DNA of 64,000 nt, taken from NCBI GenBank assembly GCA_050084985.1, contig JBITNC010000001.1, positions 80,414,001 through 80,478,000 on the forward strand. The letters are read 5' to 3'. Both the position numbers and the translations under genes were made by a program. Below are positions 26,701 through 40,596 of the stretch, one piece after another. The notes below the pieces were generated by a model that saw only the letters and a list, made by a program, of their open reading frames with translations, had not been told where the DNA came from and made no database searches. This DNA is from Nageia nagi (taxonomy: Eukaryota > Plantae > Pinophyta). Each line of letters begins with the position of its first letter. Within the stretch, counting starts at the first letter, position 1.

Positions 26701-27749
26701 TTACTATGCTAAAGTATTGAGTTAATGCTCCTTATGTTGTTATTAGATTTCCTCCTATTCTAACCTTTCAATATCATTTACACTCTCACTCACATCAACT
26801 TCCCCCATCACTTTCACAATCTTCGCATGATATTAAGACTTAGGATTGATATTCCCCTCCTTGGAAGCATTTTCATGATTCTAGATCAAGCTCTTCCCAA
26901 ACTCTTATGGGGTGGGACATGCAACCTCTAGAAACCCTTTCTCAAGGTTGGAATGCTTTTCTACCTTCAACACTGGTTGGCTAGTAAGGGTAGTCTCAAC
27001 CTCCATCTCCATAGGAAGCTATAGGATGGGGTGATAAATAAGTAAGCCTACCTAGGGCTAATGATGATTGAGACCTTCACCCTTCACTATCCAATGAATA
27101 GAATCATATGGTTGTTGTTGTTGTTCCCCCCATGGGCTCTGCTCACAATACTAATGCATGATTTTCTTTATTTTCTCAATATTCAATTGGATGGTTATAT
27201 TTTTATCTTATCTTATTAATGAGTTAATGTGATTAGGTTTTCTTAACCTAGGATTAGGGTTAGATGGTAACTATTGAGGTGTTCCCTCTACTACATGCAA
27301 GCTCCTTTTGTTGTAAAAGTTTTTTTATTTTAATATAAGAACTTTTCATCAAAAAATAATTATGAAGAAATTAGAAGATTCGACATCTTCAATGACATTG
27401 TAGATTCATTCTTGCATTGAAAATACAACATTTATAGATATTTTATTTTTTCAATAAGTACTTCATATGATCGCTCTATCATTTTTATTTTCCTTATATC
27501 CATTAATTTCAAAGGTGTGTAATCTTATTAAGCTAAATATAATATGTAATAATCAAGTATTACTATTCTAAACTATCATATCTAACTTCTATGATCACTT
27601 TTACATTAAGCCTTTTTTTATTAACAATGGAAGGATATGAGAATTTTGAACTAGGTAAATTTTACATAAGTTTGATGCCTCTAGTTAAGAAATAGAACCC
27701 TTACTATATTATGGGATATCTAGAATCATATAGCCATGCCTACATCATT

Positions 27750-29900
27750 ATTTATAATATTTTTACTTAACATACACATGTGGTTATAATTCTTTTTCCT
27801 TTGTCTGATGGAGAAAGAATTATTTTACATTTTTGTAGTATTTTGAAAGTGAAGCTCATTTAAAACCATCTAAGTTTTACTTTGAATCAATATATGGTTA
27901 ATCCCCTATGTGAATAGTAATTAAATGTTAAACACTAAGTATCCTATTACAAAATTCAAGATGCCATTTTTTATATATACCAAAGTCTCATTGAAGGAAT
28001 TCATGGATAGGTTTTCTCAATGATGGTATCAATACCTTATTGATTCACTATGTAGGATTCAATAGAGGCATCTCTTCCTATTGTTTATTTGTAACTATTG
28101 AAACATGGTGGTTCATATCAGTAAAGAATTACCTTACCTATCTTGTTACTTACAATATCTACCATAAGCTTTGTCTTAAAGACCATTTTCCTGAATGGTC
28201 ATTGACACATTATTATAATTGGTAAAGACATTCCATGTATTTATGTATGAAAAGATTATTATTTCATTAGGCGATATAATCCTTATTATGTTTGATATTG
28301 AAATTTATGGAGATAATAGGATTTAGTCAAAGAAATAACTAAATAATAATGGTATTTATATTTATAATTCAATTGGAAGAATTTATGTTTGACTAAACAA
28401 GTAGGTGATAAAAGGGATCTATTAAAATTTTAACTACTCCCTTCTAATAAATGTTACATGGTAACTAATGGTATTAAGGATATACTAAATGATTTCATGG
28501 TTATAAGAATGCTACTAGGATGTAATTGGTGTAACTCTATCATGTATAGACATTATGACTTAGAAATTTATCAAATAGAAATATCTTTAAAAGATTATTA
28601 TTTATGTTTGCATTTTAAATATTTTAGATATGATTGAATTATACTCCAAGATCAAGAAGAGGGATATTCATTAAGTTGAATATGACCCGCTCCAAATCTA
28701 AATGGAGTAAGTGAAGAAAATCATTTAATGCATAATTAGGATGCATGCTAAAGATTGTGATGTGATGAAGTGAGCATTCTTGTGTTGGTTTTGATAAGCA
28801 TCTAGGATTAAGATGCATATCATATTATGAAAAGAGTTATCCCAATCCTCGCTAAATCCCACTATGTCCAAGTAACTCAAACCAAAAAAAAATTAGGTTC
28901 ACTTGAAGATCAAATGGATGATGGGTGGAGCTAGGATCTTTAAAGATATTTTGAAGACCTTATGAAACTTTTATCTCTAATGATATAATTTGATGTAAAG
29001 AAAGTTATGTCTTTTATAAATATTGTAATCTTTGTAATCTATAAACCTCTTATTATCTTTAATATTTTGACTCTTTCATAGATGTTCTAAAATGGAAATA
29101 AAGTTTGTTCTTTTCAAACTTTGGTTATGAGATTTGCTAATAATATATGACAATGATTTATTAATATATGAACTACAATATCATATAGGTTTGAAAGAGC
29201 ACTAAATTAATGTATTCAATGTAAAATAATTATTTTGAAGTTGTTCAATCAAATTACATTATGAATAATATGACTATGTGAATACCATAAAGAATTTAGG
29301 TATCACTTCAAAGTTTATGTTTGAATTACTAATCATGTATAAAGTATATTGAAATATAAACATAAAAAGTAGGATCATAGTATGATGACATGGTTTTCAA
29401 TTTTAATTTAGGATCCTATCTTTATCAAAATAGGTTATCTTTAAGTTATAAAATAAAAATTGGAATATCACAAGGTGTTACCTTAAGGTCACATTTTGGA
29501 ACTAATAATGTCTATGTTGTGATAGTACTAACAATGTGTGTGATGAAATATGAAAAATAAGAAAACTAAACCATGTATACATATTATTATTAGAAATTCT
29601 AAGATTCACTTAATATAATTTTAGGTGAATATAATGTGATATGAAGAATAAAAATCAAATAGGGCTACATAATACTTATGTTATCTATATCATGAGAGGA
29701 AAATAGATTAAAGTATTTTTAAAAAATTACTAACAATATAAAAGAATTTAAATATTATGAAAACCAAGGTAACAAGTTTCTTAGAAACCTACCATTTTGT
29801 GAATATGAACCAAAGTTTAAATAAGGATTGTCAAAAAAGCATTGTCTATGTCTATTTGAACCTAAACCTTTTACAAAATATGGAAATAATGATATACAAA
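27750..29900 (+). pseudogene. Very decayed CACTA (En/Spm Tnp2-like) transposase remnant
   Basis: GFLNDGIN (about 28010-28033) and YLVTYNIYHKLCLK (ORF 28040-28225) resemble Tnp2 DGFNP...VxLxxYNLPPWLCMK. Limits approximate. Confidence 0.45.
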
Positions 29901-30570
29901 CTTAAGGGAGACAACAAAGAGTCTCTATCATAAAATTATTCTCCTTTTTGAAACCACATCTTATGGCACTCCCTTGTTAAGAGTAGTTTTCTAATGTGGT
30001 ACTCGAGACCCACTACTATTGAATTATAGTAGGGTAATTTTAAAGAGACATATTTGTAGATGAGTTGTGCATATGAGATATTTATATCAATAGTTATCAG
30101 AAATACTATTACTTATTTTGTTTTTCTTCTTAAGCATGTTTGAACTCTTTATTTGTTAGTGAATAAATTAATGTATATAACTTATTTAGAGTTCTAGAAA
30201 TTGTTAATGAATTTATTAATTATTAATTATATGGTGTTATTTTATTTAGAACATAATTATCTTGTGTTTTGATATATTTAGGACTTATTAAATATCATGG
30301 ATTGTGATTATACAAGCATTCAAACAAAGAAAAATATGTATTTGGCTCAATTTCAAATATCTCTAGGATAATTTATTTGGGTAGATTTTCCTCAATCATA
30401 TTAAATAAAATAACTATAATAAATAAATTTTCAATGATATTATAGATAGTATAACCAAAGTATCTTTGGCTCCCCAAGATATGGGCATGGGATGTCCAAC
30501 AACATGGTGGTTCTAGAAGATAGATTTTGGTAGGCTAGTTTCCCATATCCCTTGATAAGTTAGTCAAAAA

Positions 30571-31300
30571 TGTTGAGTGTGGAGCTTGATTAGGGATTCA
30601 TTTTTGCATTTATCTAACTTTGGTTTTAACCAATGTACTGATTAATGATTCAGTCAACTAAAAAGTTGGCCAATCAATCAGTATATTGATTAGGCAATGG
30701 ATGAAGGTGGAATTGTTACTAAATTACCAGACCTATCACATTCGATTCACATTAGCTAGTTAGTTTGATACATATTGATTATGAAAGAGAGAGTATTAAA
30801 CTCCATTTTGGGTAGTCAAAATCATATTCAGTCTAGTATTTATTGCATAGTTGGGGGTTACACAAAGGGTGGGGAGTTACTCCACAGATTCCTTGACCAC
30901 TTTTGGGTTCAAGATGGTTTGGTAGCCCTCTTATAAATAGAAGTATTTAGATTGAGATCTTATATACTATTTTGAGCATTGTAGTGTTCTTTATTTGATA
31001 TTATTCATGTATGATAGTTTGAGAGATATTTGTAGAGAGGTTTTGGTGTACTCCAAAGTGAAGGTTGTAGCAAGGTTATGTTGCTAGTTTGTTTCTTGGA
31101 GAACTTGGAAAATTCATGATAATGTAAAGGGTTGAAAGCTTCTTCATGGAGTAGCCCACATTGGGTGAACACATTAATATCTTGTCTCACTTTATTTATA
31201 TGATTACTTATTATTCTAGTTTTAGTATACTTAGTTTCTTCTTTTTCCAAGGAGTAGGAGGTTTATGGTCAAGTTTATATAAAATTATTATAACCTAACA
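30571..31300 (+). mobile_element. Solo LTR (Copia, B-like type)
   Basis: TG...CA ends, TSD AAAAA, tataaata near 30932. gtagcccacattgggtgaac resembles the B LTR motif at 11023. Confidence 0.8.
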
Positions 31301-31403
31301 AAAAAAGAGTAGTAGTTGATAAAACCAAAGTTCCTAGTTGAAGTTAACTTATGGTCACATATGCAAAATATCCCCAACAAGATGTGTGTTAAGGGAACTC
31401 TAA

Positions 31404-34400
31404 TGTCATGACCTAGTTTTTCATTTACTATTTTATTTTAAAAAAAAACTTTGAATTAATAGTCTCATATCAAAGTGTGTTTTTTATCTTTAAACCCATT
31501 CATGAAATCATTCAAAAAAAAGGGGGAACTAGAGCAAATTTGATTAAAACCTTGTCAAGTTTTCAATTATCAATAAACTTCAAGATGTAAGGAGGTATAA
31601 AAAGGGATCAATGAATTAAAGAGCATTAGAAATAATTAAAAAGCCCTAGGCAAGGTAGAATTAAGCTTGCAAAGGTATTTAGACCTTGGTGGCAATGTGC
31701 ATTAGGAGGAATATTCAAAATTTATTTATCATTGCAAGGGAGGCAATGATGGGAAAATATTTATTTGGTCAAATATTTCATCGACTCCTAGTAGGTGGCA
31801 ATCCTAAGTAGGAATTAGATTAGTAAAGTCACAAAGTGACTAAGGGGATCCAAGGGCCTAGCAATGATGTTTCATTTCCCATCCTCCATGTTAGTTTTTC
31901 GAGGCAAGGGTGAGCAGGGTTAGGTCTAATGCAATGAAGGCTTGGAGTGCCTTTAGCATTATTTCCAGCATGGAAGGGAGGCCACCTCCTTCACCCATCT
32001 CTTTTCCCCTATCTATTGGATGTTAATGCTTAGTATGATTCCTATTCATAGCATTAAAAGGGGTAGCTTTTCAAGTTTTTGGGAAGAGACTCTCCTTGGA
32101 GCACTTCATGGGTGTTTTGACTACTCTTATGCAAGTATTTGGTCTTAGGGAAACTTTCCATTTCTCCCCATTTCACAAAGGTTTCAAGTTTTTTTTTGTT
32201 CTAGTTTTTGGTACCTTCTTCTTGGTTTAAACCATAGGTTAAAAGAATTGCTTATTTCCCCATTTTTGTAGTGATATTTATGGATCTATTGGGCATTCTT
32301 GCTATGCATTTTGATGAGGGTTTTAGGTAGCAATTCATGGGGTTTTAGAGGTTTTGCTTTTTGGGTATTGAATAGGTGAGCCTTGGCACTTTTTAATTAC
32401 ATTTTATTGTTAAAATGTACATTGATTGTAAGAAGGAAATGAATCAGACTAGAAACTTGTAATTCTTTCATTCATTGCATTAATAAACTTGAACAATTGC
32501 ATCATTTTCATACTAAGACTACCACATGAATTTTAATACCTACAAAATGTGGTCTTCTATGAATTAGGGTTTGTTGCTAAGCTTAGGACAAATTTAGGGT
32601 AGTTGGGTATGATGTTGCTTATTTTGGAAATAATGAAAGGCCTCCATTAAACCTGCAACAAACAAAATAAGACCAGTAATGAGACAATGAACAATAAGAA
32701 TAAGACCTACAATGTACAAAAAAAAGTAAATAATATGCATTCTACCTTACATGATGATATTTTTATTGCATACATATGATAAGTTTGCATGTATCTTGTG
32801 ATTGCTTAGTTTTTATCATTTGCTATGATCACCATGAAGAAACATTCATGCCTCATTTTCATTATTATGGCATACTTAGCATTTAAATGATAAAAATTGA
32901 TATTATATGCATTTAATACTTGAAAGGAGATCATTAGTATTCTATTGCATAAGATTTTGTCAAATTCATTCATGCATTCATAAGATTTCATAACATGGTT
33001 AGATACTTTGCATGCCAAGATTCACTAAGATAGCAATATCTCATTTAGTTTATTTAACTTGTTTTAGATTCAATTTTCAATTAGGAAAATGAAGAATAGG
33101 GGGAAAACTAGTTGGAAAACCTTTCAGTTACATTTTATTTACCTATTAAAATAAGATAGGTGTTAGATCTTGTTAATACATAGCCCAATATGTTAAGGGC
33201 TTAGATTCAGATTCAGTTGATGTATTTTTGTGTAGTGGGTTAGTAGTGAATTGAAATCTTTATGTATCTTTCCTATGTCAAAAATTTTAGATTAATGGTG
33301 AAATAAGTTTGGAATTATTTTTATGAGTTGTTAAACCTTCTTCAAGACTACATTAGTATTTCATTATGGGAAAGGATGATGAAAACTTTTGATACCATGT
33401 TATTACAAAACCTTGAAGTTTCAAAATGAATATTTAATGTTGATAAGTTTCTATTAAATTCAATTATGTAGTTCAACCCTCTTCAGTCTAGATGGTATAG
33501 ATTAGAGGTACTCACTTTCAATGATAGATTTCAACTTTTCTCATTACTATTGTGTTTCATGTTTATATAGTTGTTGTAGTTGGATAAGAAATAGAAACAA
33601 TATTCTTCATGTTAGCATAAGATTTGTAGGTGTTATATTGAGACTTCAGTATTGTAAAGAAGTGGTACTTAGTGGAGTTTGTTAGTAGTTTAAACTTAGA
33701 AGAAATTATGTTTAATTCTCCTCTAAATTCTATTTTAAATAGGTTTCAATAAAGATTCCAAATCTAAACTTGATTTTATTATTTCATAGTATGTAGGGTA
33801 TATAAAAAGGAAATTTCATTTTGAGGTTGAAGTAAGGTTCTTGCACTTAAATAAGAGTATGTTGAGACATCTTAACTAGATAGTTGAACAATTAGCATTA
33901 TTTTAAATGTGTTTTCTTGTGAAATTCAAGAAAATGCTTGGTGAATAGTGTTGATGGTAGACAACAAGGTTATATTAAAATAGGTTATGCATAAAAATCC
34001 CTTTTCAGAACTAATTACGATCCAAGTAAAAGGGGTGAATCAACTAGGTTTGTGTTTGTAGTAAAATTAGGAGTAAGTATGGTTTTATTTTTAAAATCAT
34101 GTTAGTAGTCTTTAAAGAATAAATTCTAGAGTGATAAAATTTAAGGAAATCGATAATGCTTGATGCACAAGCCTCTCAAGATACTTAAATGGTCAAATAG
34201 TTAGTAGATGAAAAATTAAAACCTAGATGAGTAAAGTTAGATTGAAAAGATGATTAAATGATAAGATGGATAACTTTATGGATGAGTTGGTTTAGATTGA
34301 TGTCAAATGGTTCTTTAAGAATCCATGAATAAATAGATTATTGAGTCATTTTCAATCATGCATGAGTTAGTTATTCTTTGGATCATGAATTAACTTAGGC

Positions 34401-35069
34401 CATGCATTTTTATGGAATGTATAGTTGAACCTAATTTTCAACCATGGTGGTTGATCTCTCCATCTAAATTACCAAGATGGGTAATGACAAGAAGGATCTT
34501 GTAGATAAAGTTATTGCATTGATATGCCAAAGATCAAGGACTAGGTCTTGAATTGTTATTTGTAATTCAAGAGTCTAAACTCGGTTGTTGAGTAATGGAA
34601 AAAGTTATAAATTATTGCCTTAGATAAAGGAACAAATTTGAATCTATACAGGGGTTATAGATAAAAGCTTAATGCTACACCAGGTGTCTAGGGTGGACAG
34701 GTGATGGATAATGTAATGCTATGTACATAGTCTTCGAAAGTTGCATTGGTGTGGTGTAGGATCCTTTCGTAATACATATTGAATAGGGAACAATTCTCAA
34801 GGGATTAGGATGGATATCAAAAGGTTGATAATGCCTAATTCGAGAAAGATTTGTTCAATATATCTCAAGGTTTGGGACACATCACATATATTTGTGACTG
34901 CAACACACAAAGGGTAAGGTTATCCTTAATATTTGATGCAATTTTCCTAAATTAGTAATGGAGATAATAACAAATATGGAATTCATTTGTATGCATATGA
35001 TGTAATAAATTCCTATTTATGTTTTGTTAAGGTTTAAAAAAAAATAGTTTGAATTTTTGGGTCATCACA
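31404..35069. mobile_element. Large (3.7 kb) solo LTR, probably Gypsy-type
   Basis: Terminal inverted repeat tgtcatgacc...gggtcatcaca; TSD TCTAA/TCTAG; no coding domains seen. Confidence 0.65.
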
Positions 35070-35270
35070 TCTAGAAAAGATTCTTACAGGATTACCTAAT
35101 CCATATTTCATCAATATTACCATGTGGGTGTCAATAACTAACAATGTAGATATGCTCATGTGGATCACATTCTTCCATTCCTAAATCATTCAAGTGTTAA
35201 ATATTATAAAAAAAAATAGATCTAAAATTTTAAGATTTATTTACAATCAAGAATAGGTGATCTCGCTAAA

Positions 35271-36519
35271 TTGGTTCTTCCTTATATGTAACCTATCACA
35301 AAGAATACTTCATATATTATGTTCAAGGTGACTATGGATAGTGTTTTTGGGTAATGACTAGCTATGTAAAATTGTTGTCAATGGTACAATTGCAATGAGA
35401 TTTTCTAGTGGAAGTTAAAGGGTTGTTTATGAGGCTAGATACATCTTGTATTTAAAAAGAAATATTATATTGGAAAGAAAGATTGACAAGTAAGGGTACA
35501 CATTTGCATTTGAAAATCATTCATGTAAAGTTACTAAAGGTCCAATGGTGGTGGATAGAGGTAAGATGGTTAGTACTCCTTATTTACTCATTGGTATTTC
35601 TAACTAGTCCATTAATTTGCTTTTCTAAAATGAAGATGCTTTTTGTGGCACCAAATACTTATTCATAAGAGTGAAAAAGGTATGAAAATTTTACACTCAA
35701 GGAAGATTTTGCCAAAATGAGAATAAATGGACATGGGTTTTGTAAGGATTGTGTTTATGGGAACAAAAGGAGGGTTACATTCCTCAAAGTTAGCAAGGAA
35801 AGAAAGAATGAGAAGTTGGAGTTAGTACACTCAAATGTTTGGGGTTCATCTCAAGTAACTCCCTTGGTGGTTCTTCCTACTATGTAACTTTTATTGATGA
35901 TGCTAAAAGAAAAATATGGGTTTATTGTATTAATCACAAATATGTTGTATTTAACACTTTCAAGAATTGGAAGGCGTTGGATAAGAATGGGACAAGAAAA
36001 AGGTTGAAATGTCTCAAGTTATATAATGGTGGAGAATGTTGTAGCAAGGATTTTGATGAATTTGTTCACACGATGGAAAACGAATGATGTAGTTCCAAGG
36101 AAACCTGAATAAAATGGGGCTTTAGAAAGGATAATAGAATAATTATAAAATATCCAAGTTGTATGAGGCTACATGCAGGTTTACCTTTATCACTTCATAT
36201 TAGTGGTGTTTATATTATTATGTATTTGATTAACATGGATCCATGTAGTATTTTGGATGGAGTAATTTTAGAAGAGATGTGGATAGGTAAAAACATAAAT
36301 TATTATTTCCTTAAGATATTTGGGTATGAGGTTTTTCTTCATATTGACCAAGAAAATAGGAAGAAGGTAGATGCCAAGTCTCAAAAGTACTATTATGTTA
36401 GATATGCAGTTGATGGTTTGGGATATATATTATGAGATAATGCTAATTAAAAAATCATCAATAGAGATGTTATATTTAATTAAAAGTGCTTGTAAAATAA
36501 TAATTTGTAAGAAAAGGAT
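35271..36519 (+). pseudogene. Copia B protease/GAG-pre/integrase remnant
   Basis: SLGGSSYYVTFIDDAKRKIWVY...LKCLKLYNGGE (ORF 35839-36087); LKIFG...RKKVDAKS (ORF 36163-36435). Confidence 0.9.
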
Positions 36520-37841
36520 TATAGCACTACCCTACTCTATACTTAACCCTAAAATTTGAGACCCTTTTTTTTAAATAATCCTTGTGAACAGACTATTATA
36601 TACAAACCTTTGATCCCACATGGACTATATGATTATGCTCTTCATACTTTACCTAGATACCACCTTCACTAGGTAAGTATTAGGGCACGTTCACCATGCA
36701 AGCCTACCTCGCTAGCGAGTGGTTCCCTATGATGATCATGATCTAATTTTAGTTGAGTAATGCATTCATTATCATGATTACTTTATTTCAAATTTTGAGG
36801 AACTTTTCAATATTTTATTGACTCAATTTATCGATTTCCAATTTAAGACTTCCGTTATTTCTAGACATTTTGATTTTGATATGTATACTTTAAATTCTAG
36901 AAGAGATTGTTTAGATTCACCTCCCATGTCAAGATTTAGGTATAACATTTCATCGTTTCGCATTCTAGAAGTTTCGTACTTAATTTTTCTAAAATACTTA
37001 TATTCCATAATCATTCATTCTATAATTGATTGTATAGATTCATCTTCTGTAACAATGTATTAGGTATAACCTTATTCAAGTAATTATTTAAAACCCTAAC
37101 ACATGAGTGAGTTAGGTTTTGTTATCAATAACACATCCTATTAACTTTGTAACAATCTATAAAACCATCAATGATTATGTCTAAATCCTTGCATTCAATC
37201 AAAGGCATATTTATGGAATTAAACTATGTTTAGTTTGTCTTACTATACTATATTGACCATTTAATTAGGTACTTTTTGCATCTATATCTCTAACTATATA
37301 TGAGCATGATCCTTTACTTCAATACTCTTTATTCATCTCAAAAGTATTTTCCAAATCCTATACTCTACATCTTATAATACAATGATCATAATTTTTGAAG
37401 GGTATGTTAGCTATTCTCCTTGCTAACCCCTTACATCATTATTACATCAAATTAATATCTTTAGAACTAAATAAGTCAAATACAACATTTGTATACTTCT
37501 CATCCAATAAGCTTCTTGGTAGGGAGAGGTCTTATTCTTCTCTCATGCTATCTTCTTTTTAAGAACTTTCCATGGTTTCCAAGATAAGTGGTCGTGAGTA
37601 CTAGGAGAGATTTTTTTTAGCATCATGAGGATTAGGATAGCTCTTCTCATGACCATAATACTTTATATGTACCATGCCTTAATTCATCCAATCTTACAAT
37701 CAAATTTGACACAACACTTACTTGGATTTTACTCTATTTATGGTCTCAGAAGGTTTTATTCCTTTGTTGAAGCTACCTCCCTTCCTTGACTATAGAGTAA
37801 GATTTCATTCAAAAGTATATTAACATCCAAAGAATTTTTGT

Positions 37842-37844
<3 letters not shown>

Positions 37845-37890
<46 letters not shown>
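37845..37890. repeat. (TA)n microsatellite
   Basis: Seen directly. Confidence 0.97.
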
Positions 37891-37896
<6 letters not shown>

Positions 37897-38159
37897 CCTC
37901 AATAATAATTTACTATATTTTATTGAGACAATCCATTGACTTTATATTAATTACATAGGCTTAATCAAAAATACCACAATTTAAACAACATTATACTTAA
38001 TTAACTTTAAAAACCTTCTTAATACATTCCAAGCTCAAACAATTATAAATGTAAAACTAATCAATGTCCAAATAATTAGCTTAAATCTTTATTATATTTT
38101 TCTAGGGTCTATTGAGGTATTTGATGTAATTCATATTGAAATCATTAACCAAAGTAAAA

Positions 38160-39080
38160 GGTTTTATCTTTGCGCCGAGCATCACCAATTGGGTATGTTG
38201 AAAAAGCCCACGCATTGTTTGTCAAAAATGCTTTGTCTATATGCCCAAAACGTTAGAAAGGGGCCAACAATTGTTTAACAGAATGATTCATCAATTTTAC
38301 ACTCCTATATACTATATAATATTTGACATAATGCCCTATCAATTTGTGGCTCCTATATGGGAACTACGAGTTGTTTGACAGCATGACTCACCGAGCTGTA
38401 ATCTAAATTCACACGTTATGCCCGAAATGGGGACATTGAGGAGAGCCCATATCACATCTGGAAAGTACCCCCTTTTTAATGAACGTATTTTAAAAAAAAG
38501 GGGCTGGTGACTTATTTGTCAAATTTTCTTATTGAAATGCCATCGTATGAACTATGATTGTTTCCCCAAATGGTTGCGCTAGAAGAACATGGGGATTTGT
38601 TAAAACGCAATTAAAAATGGCGCAAATATGTACATTATGAGGAACTTAATATTGTTTGACAAATCATCTCATCGAAATATTATTTTCTAGACCATAATGG
38701 TCATCAAATATTCCGCAAAACGAATAGATTGTGAGAGTCTGTGAGTTGTTCAACAAAATGCCTCTTCAATATGAAGTGGATACGTATGGAGGGCCTGAGA
38801 GTGCTTTATCAAATACCTTATCAAACCACCATCTCATAGATCATGGTGACTCAGGTAAAAATAGGAAAATGCTTAAATCGATGTTGTATACGGTTCGAAG
38901 GAGTGTCAGATCAATATCTCTTTGATAAGACAGTTTTAGGAGCGTAGGAAAATAATGAACGGATACCACAAATGGGTGTAGGACTACTCCATTGAATACG
39001 TAGTTTTAATGAAGCCATGAACGTTACAAAGTGAAATGAGATTTATACTTCAATGAATTCGTGCGACTTCCAAGAAGACA
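38160..39080 (+). pseudogene. Non-coding array of truncated PLS-class PPR repeat fragments
   Basis: Recurrent variants of gagttgtttgacaaaatgcct (ELFDKMP) at about 38214, 38269, 38318, 38368, 38509, 38650 and 38743. YAQN/YARNG variants at 38240, 38417 and 38710. GYVEKAHALF at 38192. Confidence 0.75.
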
Positions 39081-40596
39081 AATACCTAGTCCAACTTGGC
39101 ACAAAGGAGAGGGTTCTTGATTGGAAAACTCTATGTTATGCTTGAATGTTATTTCTCGTACCTATTCACCCATGACTCTCCTTTTTTAGGAAAGACATTA
39201 ATTTATTTTGTATTATTTTTCCCTTCTCCAACTATATGTATACAAAATGTACTTTCTATCCCACTACCATGTATAGACAATTTATACTATACAATCACAT
39301 GTCAAGGGTATCTAATGAGAAATACTATAATTTTTCCATATATCAAGTCAATGTGAAAATCAATAAGAACAATAAAATACCTTTTTCATTTACATCTAGA
39401 TAAATATATAAGGTTATAAGACAATTTATACCTACATAGTCTTATGATTTCTTCCATATTCAATTAATAGTATGAAATCTAAATCAATATCATTCTTCAT
39501 CATTTAACTCACATTAAAGTATCTAAGGGATTTAAGTCAAATGCTCAATATAAAATCTTAGTAACTAAATACTAAAATCAAGAAAAAGCACCTAAAAATT
39601 CAAATTGGATTCTTGGGGAGAGAGGTCTCCCTCTCTTCACGGAATTCAAAGCTCAAATGGAAGAGAGAGATATATGAATCCTTTTTCCTAAAGTTCTATA
39701 AGTATTTATAATCTAAAGGTGGTATAATCCTTCCAAAGTAGTTACTATTTATCCATCTCATTAACTTTATACGTAGGATGTAGGGTTTTTTTTTTGTGAG
39801 GGGTTTGGGATAATTTTGTTTGTAGGCTCTTATACCTTCCAAAATAATTTTACACCTAACATTAGGGAATAAAAGATTTTTCCAATCATGTTGCTCCTAA
39901 CAAAAAGGGACAAGTTCTGTGGGGTATTTCTCTCAATTATTTTAGCAAGGCACCAAATAGCCTTGTAAACCCCATGAAATGACAAGAACTCCTTTGATCT
40001 TTGAATTTATCTTTCTCCTAAATTTTTATTGTTGTAAAACAAAATTCATTAGTAAAAATTTAAAATTCAAATGGGTGGAATATTCCTTGTTTGAAAAATT
40101 GCTAATTTTGATTTTCTAAGCCAATTCAAGAAAACACACCACATTCTTAGCATAATATTTACATGCGAAGGTCTCTTCGTCCTGCAATTTAAGCTTTGTT
40201 AGTGTACACTCACACATACACAAGCATTACATACATCACAAGGATCGAAATACAAAATTATGGTGTGCAACTATGTGATCTACGAAAGATCTTTATGAAT
40301 TTGTCAGCAATTCAATGTCAATAATTTCTTTACTCTTACCACTTCATTCCCATAACCACTCATCTTGGCTCCTTGGGATCTCCATCTTGATTCTTTTGCT
40401 AAATCAACCCGTTACTTATGTCATGAAAAATCTCAAAGATAGCATCAATTTTCCACAAATACAGTATGTAATCATATTTCTTTAGTCAACTCATGTTCCC
40501 ATTCCTATTCGAATTTTTCAAAAATAACGAAATTTAATGGATCACTACAAAATTTCAAGAAGCATTCAATAATGAAGGTTTAACGAGGTCATTACA

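Larger units (their letters stand above)
13261..27358 (+). mobile_element. Full-length decayed LINE (about 5.7 kb): ORF1, endonuclease, RT, zf-RVT, A-tail; split by Copia A
   Basis: 15-bp TSD attat(a/g)aagaaatta at 13246-13260 and 27359-27373; A-rich tail 27351-27358. ORF1 13540-14130. Endonuclease INVYASND..CGGFN (14965-15075). RT DKALGLDGF (24288), KQDFKKAYDKIEW (24672), FIDD (24992). Confidence 0.9.
11986..35270. mobile_element. Large solo-LTR-like element inserted in the Copia B protease; hosts further insertions
   Basis: Starts tgtaatgaccc. Perfect TSD TTGGT at 11981-11985 and 35271-35275, where Copia coding resumes. 12140-12230 is homologous to the reverse complement of 40330-40415. 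Confidence 0.7.
36520..40596 (-). mobile_element. Solo-LTR-like element related to 11986-35270, opposite orientation, inserted between Copia B integrase and RT
   Basis: Perfect TSD AGGAT at 36515-36519 and 40597-40601. The right end gaggtcattaca is the reverse complement of tgtaatgacctc. Confidence 0.75.
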
